The translations under genes and the position numbers were made by a program. A stretch of 64,000 bases of DNA from Chloroflexota bacterium. GTDB taxonomy: Bacteria; Chloroflexota; Dormibacteria; CF-121. Shown one piece after another: positions 8,916 through 16,923 of the stretch. A model generated the notes under the pieces. That model saw only the letters and a list, made by a program, of their open reading frames with translations. It was not told where the DNA came from and did not search any database. The DNA lies in the NCBI GenBank assembly GCA_005881215.1, contig VBDZ01000001.1, positions 2,998 to 66,997 on the forward strand, given 5' to 3'. Each line of letters opens with the position of its first letter. Position 1 is the stretch's first letter.

Positions 8916-9680
8916 CTAGCCCTCCGGGCGCATGCCGCGCAGCCAGAGCCGCGCGAACTCCATCACGGCCTCTTCGCCGCCGGGGGCCTCGACGCCCGCC
9001 TGGCTGAAGACGGGTTCCGCGAGCAGATGCAGGACCACAGCCCCAACCAGACTTTGAACGGCGAGCATCGGGTGTATCCGCCGGAGCCGGCCGGCGGCCA
9101 TCTGTGCGGCGAGATATCCGCCAAATGTGGCAAAGGCGCGCGCGCCAGTTTCGGCGAAAGCCTGCTGGGTCTCGGGTGCCATCGACGTGATCTCGAGAAG
9201 AAGGGTGCGGACGATGCCCCGCCGTCGCGCCACGGCTTGGTAGGCGGCCAGGACGACCTGGGGGACGACCTGGTCAGGCGGGAGGTCGGCGGCGCGGGCG
9301 AGCAGCGCCATCACAGGCTCGAAGGGTGAGTAGGCGAGCAGGATGGCGCGAAACAGCGCCGACTTGCCGGGGAAGAGCCGATAGAGGTTGGCGCGGGAAA
9401 CTCCCGCCTCGGAAGCGAGCTCATCCATGGAGAGGTCGGCCAACGACCGGCTGGCCAGCAGTCGCAAGGCTGCCTCCAGGACTCGCTGCCGGGTGCCGGG
9501 TCCCGGCGCAATCTCCAGCGCGTCGAGCAGCGTGGTGCGCCGGGGAAAGATGCGGTACAGGGTGGAGCGGGACACGCCGGCGGCCTGCGCAATCGCGTTG
9601 ACCGAGGGCGGGTCGGCGGATCCGTACAGACGTGTCGCCTCTCGCATGATCCGCTCCTTGCGCGACGCCGGCTCTGCCAT
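8916..9680 (-). CDS. TetR-family regulator with two tandem TetR_N helix-turn-helix domains
   Basis: Two HTH segments (NAIAQAAGVSRSTLYRIF and MDELASEAGVSRANLYRLF). It is adjacent to and co-oriented with the ABC-2 exporter pair. Confidence 0.8.
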   Translation of the reverse strand: MAEPASRKERIMREATRLYGSADPPSVNAIAQAAGVSRSTLYRIFPRRTTLLDALEIAPGPGTRQRVLEAALRLLASRSLADLSMDELASEAGVSRANLYRLFPGKSALFRAILLAYSPFEPVMALLARAADLPPDQVVPQVVLAAYQAVARRRGIVRTLLLEITSMAPETQQAFAETGARAFATFGGYLAAQMAAGRLRRIHPMLAVQSLVGAVVLHLLAEPVFSQAGVEAPGGEEAVMEFARLWLRGMRPEG

Positions 9681-9697
9681 CTGACGGTGGAACGATG

Positions 9698-9716
9698 CTA
9701 GATGAGACGTCTAGTC
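9698..9716. promoter_or_regulatory. Candidate operator: CTAG-flanked perfect palindrome AGACGTCT (9705-9712) in the tetR / fpg divergent region
   Basis: Seen directly in the sequence, 25 bp upstream of the tetR start codon. Confidence 0.3.
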
Positions 9717-9775
9717 TTGTCAAGTACTATGCCACCCCCGGCAATCTGCTCGACCGTTCGGTAGCCTATGGCGCG

Positions 9776-10579
9776 ATGCCCGAATTGCCGGAACTCGAGG
9801 TGCTGCGTGAATACCTCGGCCCGCGGCTGGAAGGAAAGCGGATCAGCGAGGTCTGGACCTCGCCAAAGCTCAGCTTCTTGCTGCGCACGCCGGCAGACGA
9901 GTTCGCCCGGCAACTGACCGGCGGGGTTTTCCAGCGTGCCTGGCGTCGGGGGAAGTTCCTGATCTTCGACATCAGCGGGCAGCACCTCGTCATCAACCCG
10001 ATGCTGGGCGGGCGCCTGCAGTGGACGACCCGGTCGGAGAAGGTGGCGGCCGCGACCGTCTTTCGCATCACGCTCGAGGACGGAGACGAACTGCGCTTCC
10101 TCGACACCGTCAAGATGGGCCGCGTCTACTGGGTGGCTCCCGGCGCGCTGCCCACCATCCCCGGCTGGGCGGAGCTCGGACCCGATGCGCTGACCGTCGG
10201 GCAGTCGGAATTCACCCAGCGGATCCGGCGGCACCCCGGCGAGCTGAAGAACCTGCTGCGGAACCAGGCATTCATCTCCGGGGTTGGCAACGCCTACTCG
10301 GACGAGATTCTTCACGAGGCTGAATTGCTGCCGCTGCGAAAGCGAACTACGCTCAAAGCCGACGAGGTGCAGAGACTCCATGCCGCGACCGCAAAAGTGC
10401 TCCGATCGGCGATTGAGTCGATCAAGACGCAGCCGAAGTACGAGCCACACAAACAGGACCGAAGTTTCATGGCGGTCCATGGGAAGGCGAAAGAGAAATG
10501 CCCGCGCTGCGGACATCGGATCTCGGAGCTGACTGCGCGCGGTGAGGCGACCGATTTCTGTCGCGGCTGCCAACATTAG
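9776..10579 (+). CDS. Fpg/Nei-family DNA glycosylase (formamidopyrimidine/endonuclease VIII type)
   Basis: N-terminal MPELPEVE catalytic motif, H2TH region and C-terminal zinc finger (CPRCG...CRGCQ). The listed ORF start at 9695 is an upstream extension. Confidence 0.8.
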   Translation: MPELPELEVLREYLGPRLEGKRISEVWTSPKLSFLLRTPADEFARQLTGGVFQRAWRRGKFLIFDISGQHLVINPMLGGRLQWTTRSEKVAAATVFRITLEDGDELRFLDTVKMGRVYWVAPGALPTIPGWAELGPDALTVGQSEFTQRIRRHPGELKNLLRNQAFISGVGNAYSDEILHEAELLPLRKRTTLKADEVQRLHAATAKVLRSAIESIKTQPKYEPHKQDRSFMAVHGKAKEKCPRCGHRISELTARGEATDFCRGCQH

Positions 10580-10582
10580 CGC

Positions 10583-11377
10583 GTGCGGCTGAAGAACGCG
10601 CGCGTCATCGTGACCGGCGCCTCGAGCGGCATCGGTCGCGCGATCGCCCTGGAGTTCGGCCGTTGTGGCGCCCTGCTGGCCCTGGCCTCGAGAAACACCG
10701 CCGCCCTCGACGAGGTGGCGGCCGCGATCCGAAAGAACGGTGCCAGCGCGGTGGTGGTTGCGACCAATGTCACCGAGGCCGGCGCGGTCGAACGGATGGC
10801 AAGTGAGACGATCCGGCAGCTGGGCGGGATCGACATCCTGGTCAACAATGCGGGCATCGGGCTGCAGGCGTTGATCGCTGACGCCTCCGCCGCCGATGTG
10901 GAGGCAATGTTCCGCCTCAACGTCCTGGCGGCAGCCGCCGCGATCCGCGCGGTACTCCCGATCATGCGGGCGCAGCGCGCGGGAATGATCATCAACATCT
11001 CCTCGATGGCCGGACGAATCGTCATCCCCCGGATCGGCTATTACTCGGCGAGCAAATTCGCGCTGACGGCCATTGGGGACGCGCTGCGAATGGAGGAGGC
11101 GCATCGGGGGATCAGGGTCATGAACGTCTTCCCGGGGACCACGCGCTCCAGCTTCGGCGAGCACCGGCTCGGGATCCGGGGCCGCGGCGCCCATCAACGG
11201 GTGCCGCCGGTTTCGGCGGAGAAGGTGGCGCGACGCGTCGCCAACGCGGTCGAGCGGAACCAGAGCTCGGTCTACATCTCGTTGGTCCCCGACCGGCTCG
11301 GCCTGGCGGTCAATTACGTGGCCGGCTGGGCGGTCCGTCGAGTGCTTCGCGGGTGGGCACGGCGTGCGGAGGCCTGA
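10583..11377 (+). CDS. Short-chain dehydrogenase/reductase (SDR) family oxidoreductase
   Basis: TGASSGIG cofactor-binding motif, NNAG motif and YxxxK catalytic motif (YYSASK). Confidence 0.8.
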   Translation: MRLKNARVIVTGASSGIGRAIALEFGRCGALLALASRNTAALDEVAAAIRKNGASAVVVATNVTEAGAVERMASETIRQLGGIDILVNNAGIGLQALIADASAADVEAMFRLNVLAAAAAIRAVLPIMRAQRAGMIINISSMAGRIVIPRIGYYSASKFALTAIGDALRMEEAHRGIRVMNVFPGTTRSSFGEHRLGIRGRGAHQRVPPVSAEKVARRVANAVERNQSSVYISLVPDRLGLAVNYVAGWAVRRVLRGWARRAEA

Positions 11378-11993
11378 GGGCGCGCTCGAAGTCGGCGAGC
11401 AGGTCTACCTGCGCCCGCCGACGACTCGCGACCGGCCGGCGATCGTCGCCCTGAACCGCGCCAGCCGGGCATTCCACCGAGGCTGGGTCGCGCCGCCAAC
11501 CGACGCGGGAGCGTTCGCCAGGTGGATGACGCGCTCCCGTCAGCCCAACGTTGCCTGCTTGTTAGTGTGCCGGCTCGCCGATGACGCCATCACCGGCGTC
11601 TACGTCTTGAGCGAGATCGTCCGCGGAAAGTTTCAGAGCGCCTACCTCGGCTACTACGCCGCGCGCGCCTACGCTGGACAGGGCTACATGCGAGAGGGCA
11701 TGCAACTCGTGTTGCGACACGCGTTCAACGCCATGCAGCTGCACCGAGTCGAGGCGAACATCCAGCCGGAGAACGCCGCCTCGATCGCCCTCGCGAAGCG
11801 CTCAGGCTTCCGACTCGAGGGTTTCTCGCCGCGTTACTTGAAGGTCGCCGGACGTTGGCGCGACCACCAGCGCTGGGCGATTCTCATCGATGACTGGCGG
11901 CGCCTTCGCCGACCGCGGCGCGCGCCTTCTCGATATCCTGCGCGCCGATCACAATCCGGGTCTTCGTCGCCAGGTAGACCGCGTTCAGGCTGA
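11364..11993 (+). CDS. GNAT family N-acetyltransferase (RimJ/RimL-like)
   Basis: GNAT motif-A region (QGYMREGMQLVLRHAFN...HRVEANIQPENAASIALAKRSGF). The low-complexity tail overlaps the convergent ACT gene by ~110 nt. Confidence 0.65.
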   Translation: MRRPEGALEVGEQVYLRPPTTRDRPAIVALNRASRAFHRGWVAPPTDAGAFARWMTRSRQPNVACLLVCRLADDAITGVYVLSEIVRGKFQSAYLGYYAARAYAGQGYMREGMQLVLRHAFNAMQLHRVEANIQPENAASIALAKRSGFRLEGFSPRYLKVAGRWRDHQRWAILIDDWRRLRRPRRAPSRYPARRSQSGSSSPGRPRSG

Positions 11994-12285
11994 CGCCGGC
12001 GTCGGCGATCTTGCGGGTCAGCCTGCCGAGCGCGCCCGGCCGGTCCTCGATGTCCAACACCAGGGCGTCCTGCTCGCCGGTGACGCGAGCGCCCGCGCTC
12101 TGCAGCGCCTGACGCGCCTTGGCCGGATCCTCCACCAGCAGGTGGCCAACGCCCTTGCCGCCAACCACGAACCCGCAGATGCCTTCGATGTTGACGCCGG
12201 CCTTGCCCAGCGCTTCAGCCGCGGCCGCCACGGTACCGACTTTCTCGTCCAGTTCGATGGTCAGATCTTTCAGATGGTGAGCCAT
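11884..12285 (-). CDS. ACT-domain pair protein
   Basis: Two ACT-like betaalphabetabetaalphabeta units (GTVAAAAEALGKAGVNIEG...; PGALGRLTRKIADAGVSLNAV). The start is placed at the second Met, MAHHLKD. Confidence 0.55.
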   Translation of the reverse strand: MAHHLKDLTIELDEKVGTVAAAAEALGKAGVNIEGICGFVVGGKGVGHLLVEDPAKARQALQSAGARVTGEQDALVLDIEDRPGALGRLTRKIADAGVSLNAVYLATKTRIVIGAQDIEKARAAVGEGAASHR

Positions 12286-12366
12286 TGCCGACCTCCTTGA
12301 ACTCACGGTGCCGAATCAGGCGCCCATTCTAGGCCGTCCCCTTTGCGGCCCTGAGCCTCGCCTAGT

Positions 12367-12726
12367 ATGCAAGTTATGGAGGCGCCGCCAGGCACCTGGA
12401 CGGTGGTCGTGGATCTGACGGACCCCCTCAACGTGGAAGGCCAACCCGTCACGTTCCGTTCCCTCGATACCGCGGCCGCCGAGCTTCAATTGCGAGCATT
12501 TCGGGCCGCCGCCGTCGAGCGAACGGGCCGCGCCGGGCTGCGGATCCGGGTAGAGATCGACGCACCGTCGCCTCGACACGCGAGCGACCGGCTCTGGCAG
12601 GTGATCGAGAAGGTTTTTTACCTGGAGTCGGCGGGCCCTCGGTTCGGCAGTATCAGCGTTCGCATGGCGGTCACGCCGGCCGTGACGACGGCTACAGAAC
12701 GCGGTGCGGATCATAGAGCCAGTTGA
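12367..12726 (+). CDS. Hypothetical protein (119 aa)
   Basis: ORF with GC-biased third positions and no motif I recognise. Confidence 0.35.
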   Translation: MQVMEAPPGTWTVVVDLTDPLNVEGQPVTFRSLDTAAAELQLRAFRAAAVERTGRAGLRIRVEIDAPSPRHASDRLWQVIEKVFYLESAGPRFGSISVRMAVTPAVTTATERGADHRAS

Positions 12727-12973
12727 GGCCGATACCGAGGATGGCGACCGCGAAGGCCATGACCAGCGCCAGAAGCACCACCCGGCCGGCGACGCGGACC
12801 GTCAACGATTGTCGTTCGAATGGCCGCGATTTCTCGTACCAGAGGGTCCAGATCGCAACCGGCAGCACCGGCAGGCTGCGCAGCCCGACCCGCACCAGCG
12901 GATTGGGGGCGGTAAACGCCTCGATCACGTAGAACGCGGCCAGGGCGATCGTGGCGATGGCCAAGGCCCCCAT
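12692..12973 (-). CDS. Small (93 aa) two-TM membrane protein downstream of the GS-like gene
   Basis: MGALAIATIALAAFYVIEAF... has hydrophobic helices. The N-terminal 115 aa of the listed 208-aa ORF are an alternate frame of the GS gene (Ser/Pro/Arg-rich). Confidence 0.45.
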   Translation of the reverse strand: MGALAIATIALAAFYVIEAFTAPNPLVRVGLRSLPVLPVAIWTLWYEKSRPFERQSLTVRVAGRVVLLALVMAFAVAILGIGLNWLYDPHRVL

Positions 12974-13016
12974 CCCGACCTTCCCCCGCAAGCGGGGGAA
13001 GGAGACATCGCGTTGT

Positions 13017-14291
13017 CTAGTAGGCCTCGAGGTAGGCGTCGAGCTCCCAGGCCGTGACCTGCTTCTCATAGCTCTGCCACTCCATCTCCTTCGCCTCGAT
13101 GAAACGTTCGAGGAGGTGGACACCCAGCGCATCGCGCATGACCTCGTCCTGCCGGAGATCTTTGAGGGCCTCGGCGAGGGAGGCGGGGAGGTGGCCAAGC
13201 TGGTGGCGGGCGAGCCGCTCGGGATCGAAGGCGTAGAGGTTCTCTTCGACCGGCGGGGGGAGTGGCAGCTTCTGGCGGATACCGGAGAGGCCGGCGTGCA
13301 GCATGGCGGCGAACGCAAGGTACGGATTGCAGGAGGGATCCGGGGCTCGAAACTCGATCCGGATGGCCGCCCGGTCGCTGCTCCCCACCCTCGGTACCCG
13401 GATCAGCGCGGAGCGGTTCAGTTGCGCCCAGCTGATGGCGACCGGGGCCTCGAATCCCGGCACGAATCGCTTGTAGGAGTTGACCAGGGGGGCGACCAGG
13501 GCGGACAAGGCGCGGGCATGCGCCAGCTGCCCGGCGATGAAGTGCTTGGCGACGGGCGACAGGTGGTACTGGTCGCCGCGATCGTAGAAGGCATTCGCAT
13601 CCTTGCCGAGGTCGGTGAGGATCTGGTGGGTGTGCATCCCCGAGCCCGCCGCGCCGAAGATCGGCTTGGGCATGAAGGTGGCAAGCAGCCCGCGGCGCTG
13701 GGCAACGGCCTTGACCGCGTGCTTGAGCGTGACGAGCTGATCGGCACTCCTCAGGGCGTTGCCGAGCGCCAGGTCGAGCTCGTATTGACCGGCGGCAACC
13801 TCGTGGTGACTCGCGTCGATGGTGATGCCGAGCCGGTCGAGCGCGTCGACGATCTCTTGCCGCACCTCACTGCCGATGTCCACCGGATGGTCGAAGTAGC
13901 TGGCCCGGTCATGGCGTCCCGGGCGCACACCGCCGCCGGCCTGGTCCGCGGTGAGCAAGAAAAACTCGAGCTCGATGGCAACCGCGTAGTCGAAGCCGAG
14001 CGCCGCCGCATCGGCCACCGCCCGCGCCAGCACGCCGCGCGGATCGCCGGCGAAACGCTCGCCGTCCGGCGTCAGCAGGTCGCAGATGACCTGAGCGCTC
14101 CGGGCGCCGTCGGCCTCACCGATGGTCAGCGTGTCGAGGTCGGGCCGCAGAAACATGTCGCTCTCGAAGACGCGGGCGAAGCCCTCCACCGACGAGCCGT
14201 CGAACCATTCGCCGCCGCGCACGGCGTGCGGAAGCCGCTGCGCCGGAATCGTGATGCTCTTCACCGTTCCGAGTACGTCGACGAAGCGCAA
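13017..14291 (-). CDS. Glutamine synthetase family paralog (GlnA3/GlnA4-like, possibly a gamma-glutamyl-amine ligase)
   Basis: GS catalytic-domain motifs (KPIFGAAGSGMHTHQIL; NSYKRFVPGFEAP; RIEFRAPDPSCNPYLAFAAML); short N-terminal domain. Confidence 0.85.
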   Translation of the reverse strand: MRFVDVLGTVKSITIPAQRLPHAVRGGEWFDGSSVEGFARVFESDMFLRPDLDTLTIGEADGARSAQVICDLLTPDGERFAGDPRGVLARAVADAAALGFDYAVAIELEFFLLTADQAGGGVRPGRHDRASYFDHPVDIGSEVRQEIVDALDRLGITIDASHHEVAAGQYELDLALGNALRSADQLVTLKHAVKAVAQRRGLLATFMPKPIFGAAGSGMHTHQILTDLGKDANAFYDRGDQYHLSPVAKHFIAGQLAHARALSALVAPLVNSYKRFVPGFEAPVAISWAQLNRSALIRVPRVGSSDRAAIRIEFRAPDPSCNPYLAFAAMLHAGLSGIRQKLPLPPPVEENLYAFDPERLARHQLGHLPASLAEALKDLRQDEVMRDALGVHLLERFIEAKEMEWQSYEKQVTAWELDAYLEAY

Positions 14292-14625
14292 ATCAAGGAA
14301 CCGGATCCCGCGCTCCGACAGCCGCTCGAGCGCCCGCTCGACCGTCGCGCCGGCGACGCGGCCGGCCGCCGCCTCAGTCTTCGCCGTCGGGTACTCCCTT
14401 GTGCTCGGACGTGGTGGGACGATCGGCCGGGTCCCAGGAGGGGCCGGGACGTGGGTGGTCGGCAGGTCGCCAGGGCTTATCGCGCTCTATCGAATCGTCC
14501 ATAGGTTGCTCCTCTTCGAGTTGTCGCGGTCGCGGGAATCACTCGAGGTCAAGAGGCGGCTGCCAGGGCGAGTGGCAGCCGCCACAACGACGAACGGCGC
14601 ACGACGAACGAGTCGAAGGACGAAT

Positions 14626-16083
14626 CTAGATGTCGTGGTAGAGGTAGAACTCCCAGGGGTGCGGCCGAAGCGCCACCTGGTCGTACTCCCGGACGCGCTT
14701 GTAATCGATCCAGGTTTCGATCAGGTCGCTGGTGAAGACGCCGCCGCGGGTGAGGTACTCGTTGTCAATCTCGAGCGCGTCGAGCACTTCGAGCAACGAG
14801 CCCGGTGTGCTCTTGACCTGCCGCTTCAACTCCGGTTCGAGCTCGTAGAGGTCCTCGTCGATCGGCTTGGGTGGCTCGATCTTGTTGATGACGCCGTCCA
14901 GGCCGGCCATCAGGCAGGCGGCGAATGAGAGGTAGGGGTTGCACGAGGGATCGGGTGTCCGGAACTCCAGCCGCTTCGCTTTGGGGTTGTCGAAGTACAT
15001 CGGGATGCGGACGCAGGCGCTCCGGTTGCGCTTCGAGTAGATCAGGTTGATGGGCGCCTCGTAGCCGGGCACCAAACGGCGATACGAGTTGGTGGTGGGT
15101 GCCGCGAACGCGAGCAACGACGGTGCGTGCTTGAGCAGGCCGCCGATGTACCAGCGACACATGTCGCTGATGCCCGCATAACCGGCCTTGTCGTAGAAGA
15201 GCGGCACGCCGTCCTTCCACAGGCTCTGGTGGGTGTGCATCCCGGAACCGTTGTCCATGAAGAGCGGCTTGGGCATGAACGTCGCGACAAACCCGTTCTG
15301 GGCGCAGACGTTCTTGACGACGTACTTGTACATCATCACCTTGTCGGCCATGGTGACCAGGGTGTCGAACCGCATGTCGATCTCGGTCTGGCCAGCGGTG
15401 CCGACCTCATGGTGATGCACCTCGACGTCGACGCCGGCCTCGATCAGCTTGAGGACGATCTGGGAACGAAGGTCCTGGAGCTTGTCCGTCGGCGGCACCG
15501 GGAAATAGCCTTCCTTGTAGCGCGGACGGTAGGCCTGGTTCGGCTCGGAGTTCTTGGCGGAGTTCCACACGCCTTCGACCGAGTCGATCTCGTACATGCC
15601 GGAGAACTGGTTCTGGTCGAAGCGCATGCTGTTGAAGATGTAGAACTCGCACTCCGGACCCCAGAAGCTGGTGTCGGCGATGCCGGTCGACACCAAGAAC
15701 GCCTCTGCCTTCTTCGCCACGTACCGCGGATCGCGAGAGTAGGGCTCGCGGGTGATGGGGTCGATCACGTCGCAGGCGATGCTGAGGGTGGGCACCCGCA
15801 ACACCGGATCAACGATTGCCGTCGCGGGATCCGGGATCAGCAGCATGTCGCTCTCGTGAATGTGCTGGAAGCCGCGGATGCTGGAGCCATCGAAGCCGAT
15901 GCCCTCGCTGAAGAGGTTCTTGCTCAGCTCCTGGACCGGGATCGAGAAGTGCTGCCAGGTCCCGATCAGGTCGATGAACTTGAGATCGACGATCTTCAGC
16001 CCCTGCTTGTGGGCCAGGTCGATGACAGATTGGGCGTCCGCCCTGGTTTCCTTCTTCGAGCGCACACCCTGGTCGATCGCCAT
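14626..16083 (-). CDS. glnA: Glutamine synthetase type I
   Basis: Full GS-I motif set (FDGSSIRGF; KPLFMDNGSGMHTHQSL; NSYRRLVPGYEAP; RLEFRTPDPSCNPYLSFAACL). ATG at 16083 has a GGAGGG SD; the listed start at 16107 is an upstream GTG. Confidence 0.9.
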   Translation of the reverse strand: MAIDQGVRSKKETRADAQSVIDLAHKQGLKIVDLKFIDLIGTWQHFSIPVQELSKNLFSEGIGFDGSSIRGFQHIHESDMLLIPDPATAIVDPVLRVPTLSIACDVIDPITREPYSRDPRYVAKKAEAFLVSTGIADTSFWGPECEFYIFNSMRFDQNQFSGMYEIDSVEGVWNSAKNSEPNQAYRPRYKEGYFPVPPTDKLQDLRSQIVLKLIEAGVDVEVHHHEVGTAGQTEIDMRFDTLVTMADKVMMYKYVVKNVCAQNGFVATFMPKPLFMDNGSGMHTHQSLWKDGVPLFYDKAGYAGISDMCRWYIGGLLKHAPSLLAFAAPTTNSYRRLVPGYEAPINLIYSKRNRSACVRIPMYFDNPKAKRLEFRTPDPSCNPYLSFAACLMAGLDGVINKIEPPKPIDEDLYELEPELKRQVKSTPGSLLEVLDALEIDNEYLTRGGVFTSDLIETWIDYKRVREYDQVALRPHPWEFYLYHDI

Positions 16084-16206
16084 AGGTACATTCCCTCCGT
16101 TGAACACGGTGATCCGAGTGTCTCGATCCTAGGGGCGTGCCGGCCGAACGTCATCGGGCCAGGCGGACGAGTTCGCGTGCTGCTTTTTGTGCAGCGCGCC
16201 CAAGCG

Positions 16207-16923
16207 CTACGGGCTGGCGCCGGGCGACTCCGAGGGCGAGGTCAGCACCCGGTCGACGGTCAGCGTGTAGCCGCCCGAGGCCTGGTCGATCGCGACCGAG
16301 AGGACGAACGCGCCTTTCGTGAAGCGCACGATCGGGGTGGTCGCCGACGTCTTGTCCTCGACCCAGCCATCCCTGACCAGTGCGGCCTCGTAAAACGGAA
16401 CGATGCCGCCGAGGTTGCTGGCGGTGAAGTCCTCCGAAATGCTCTCGGTGTCGGCGAGGCCAGGCTGCTCATCGAGCAGGGTGGTGCCCGCCGGCCTCGG
16501 CAGCGATTCGATCACGGGCTTGGTCAGGTGCACGTCGGCGCCGCTGATCACCGAGGCGATCTGGGCGTTCTCGACCAGGCCCAGGACCGCGACCACCGCC
16601 AGCAGCGCCGCGCCGACCGCGCCGCTCAGCCAGAGCAACCCGCGGCGGTCGAGGCGCTCGCGGTGCCGCCGCCAGGCGGCCTGGAGCAGCAGCGCCACCG
16701 TCAGCAAGCAGAGCACCAGCACCGCGGCGCCGAGCACCTCGAACCACGCCCCCGGCATGTATTCCGCCAGCTGATCGATGGCGAGCAACGCGGCAGCGAG
16801 GGCGATGGCGTAAGCAATCGAGAACGAGGGCAGCAGCAGCGGATGATCGCGACTCGCCACCGGGGCGAGCGGCGCGGCGGACCGGCTCAGCCGCCGGTCT
16901 ACCCGCCGGCGGCTTGCTCCCAC
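16207..16923 (-). CDS. Membrane protein with two TM helices and a Ser/Thr-rich extracytoplasmic domain, hypothetical
   Basis: Hydrophobic helices followed by a soluble C-terminal domain. Its 5' end overlaps the ABC-F stop region, so the true start is probably internal. Confidence 0.45.
   Translation of the reverse strand: MGASRRRVDRRLSRSAAPLAPVASRDHPLLLPSFSIAYAIALAAALLAIDQLAEYMPGAWFEVLGAAVLVLCLLTVALLLQAAWRRHRERLDRRGLLWLSGAVGAALLAVVAVLGLVENAQIASVISGADVHLTKPVIESLPRPAGTTLLDEQPGLADTESISEDFTASNLGGIVPFYEAALVRDGWVEDKTSATTPIVRFTKGAFVLSVAIDQASGGYTLTVDRVLTSPSESPGASP

Noticed and set aside
9698-11197. 499-aa minus-strand ORF spanning fpg and the SDR gene
   Set aside because: Antisense to two genes with clear catalytic motifs; no motifs of its own.
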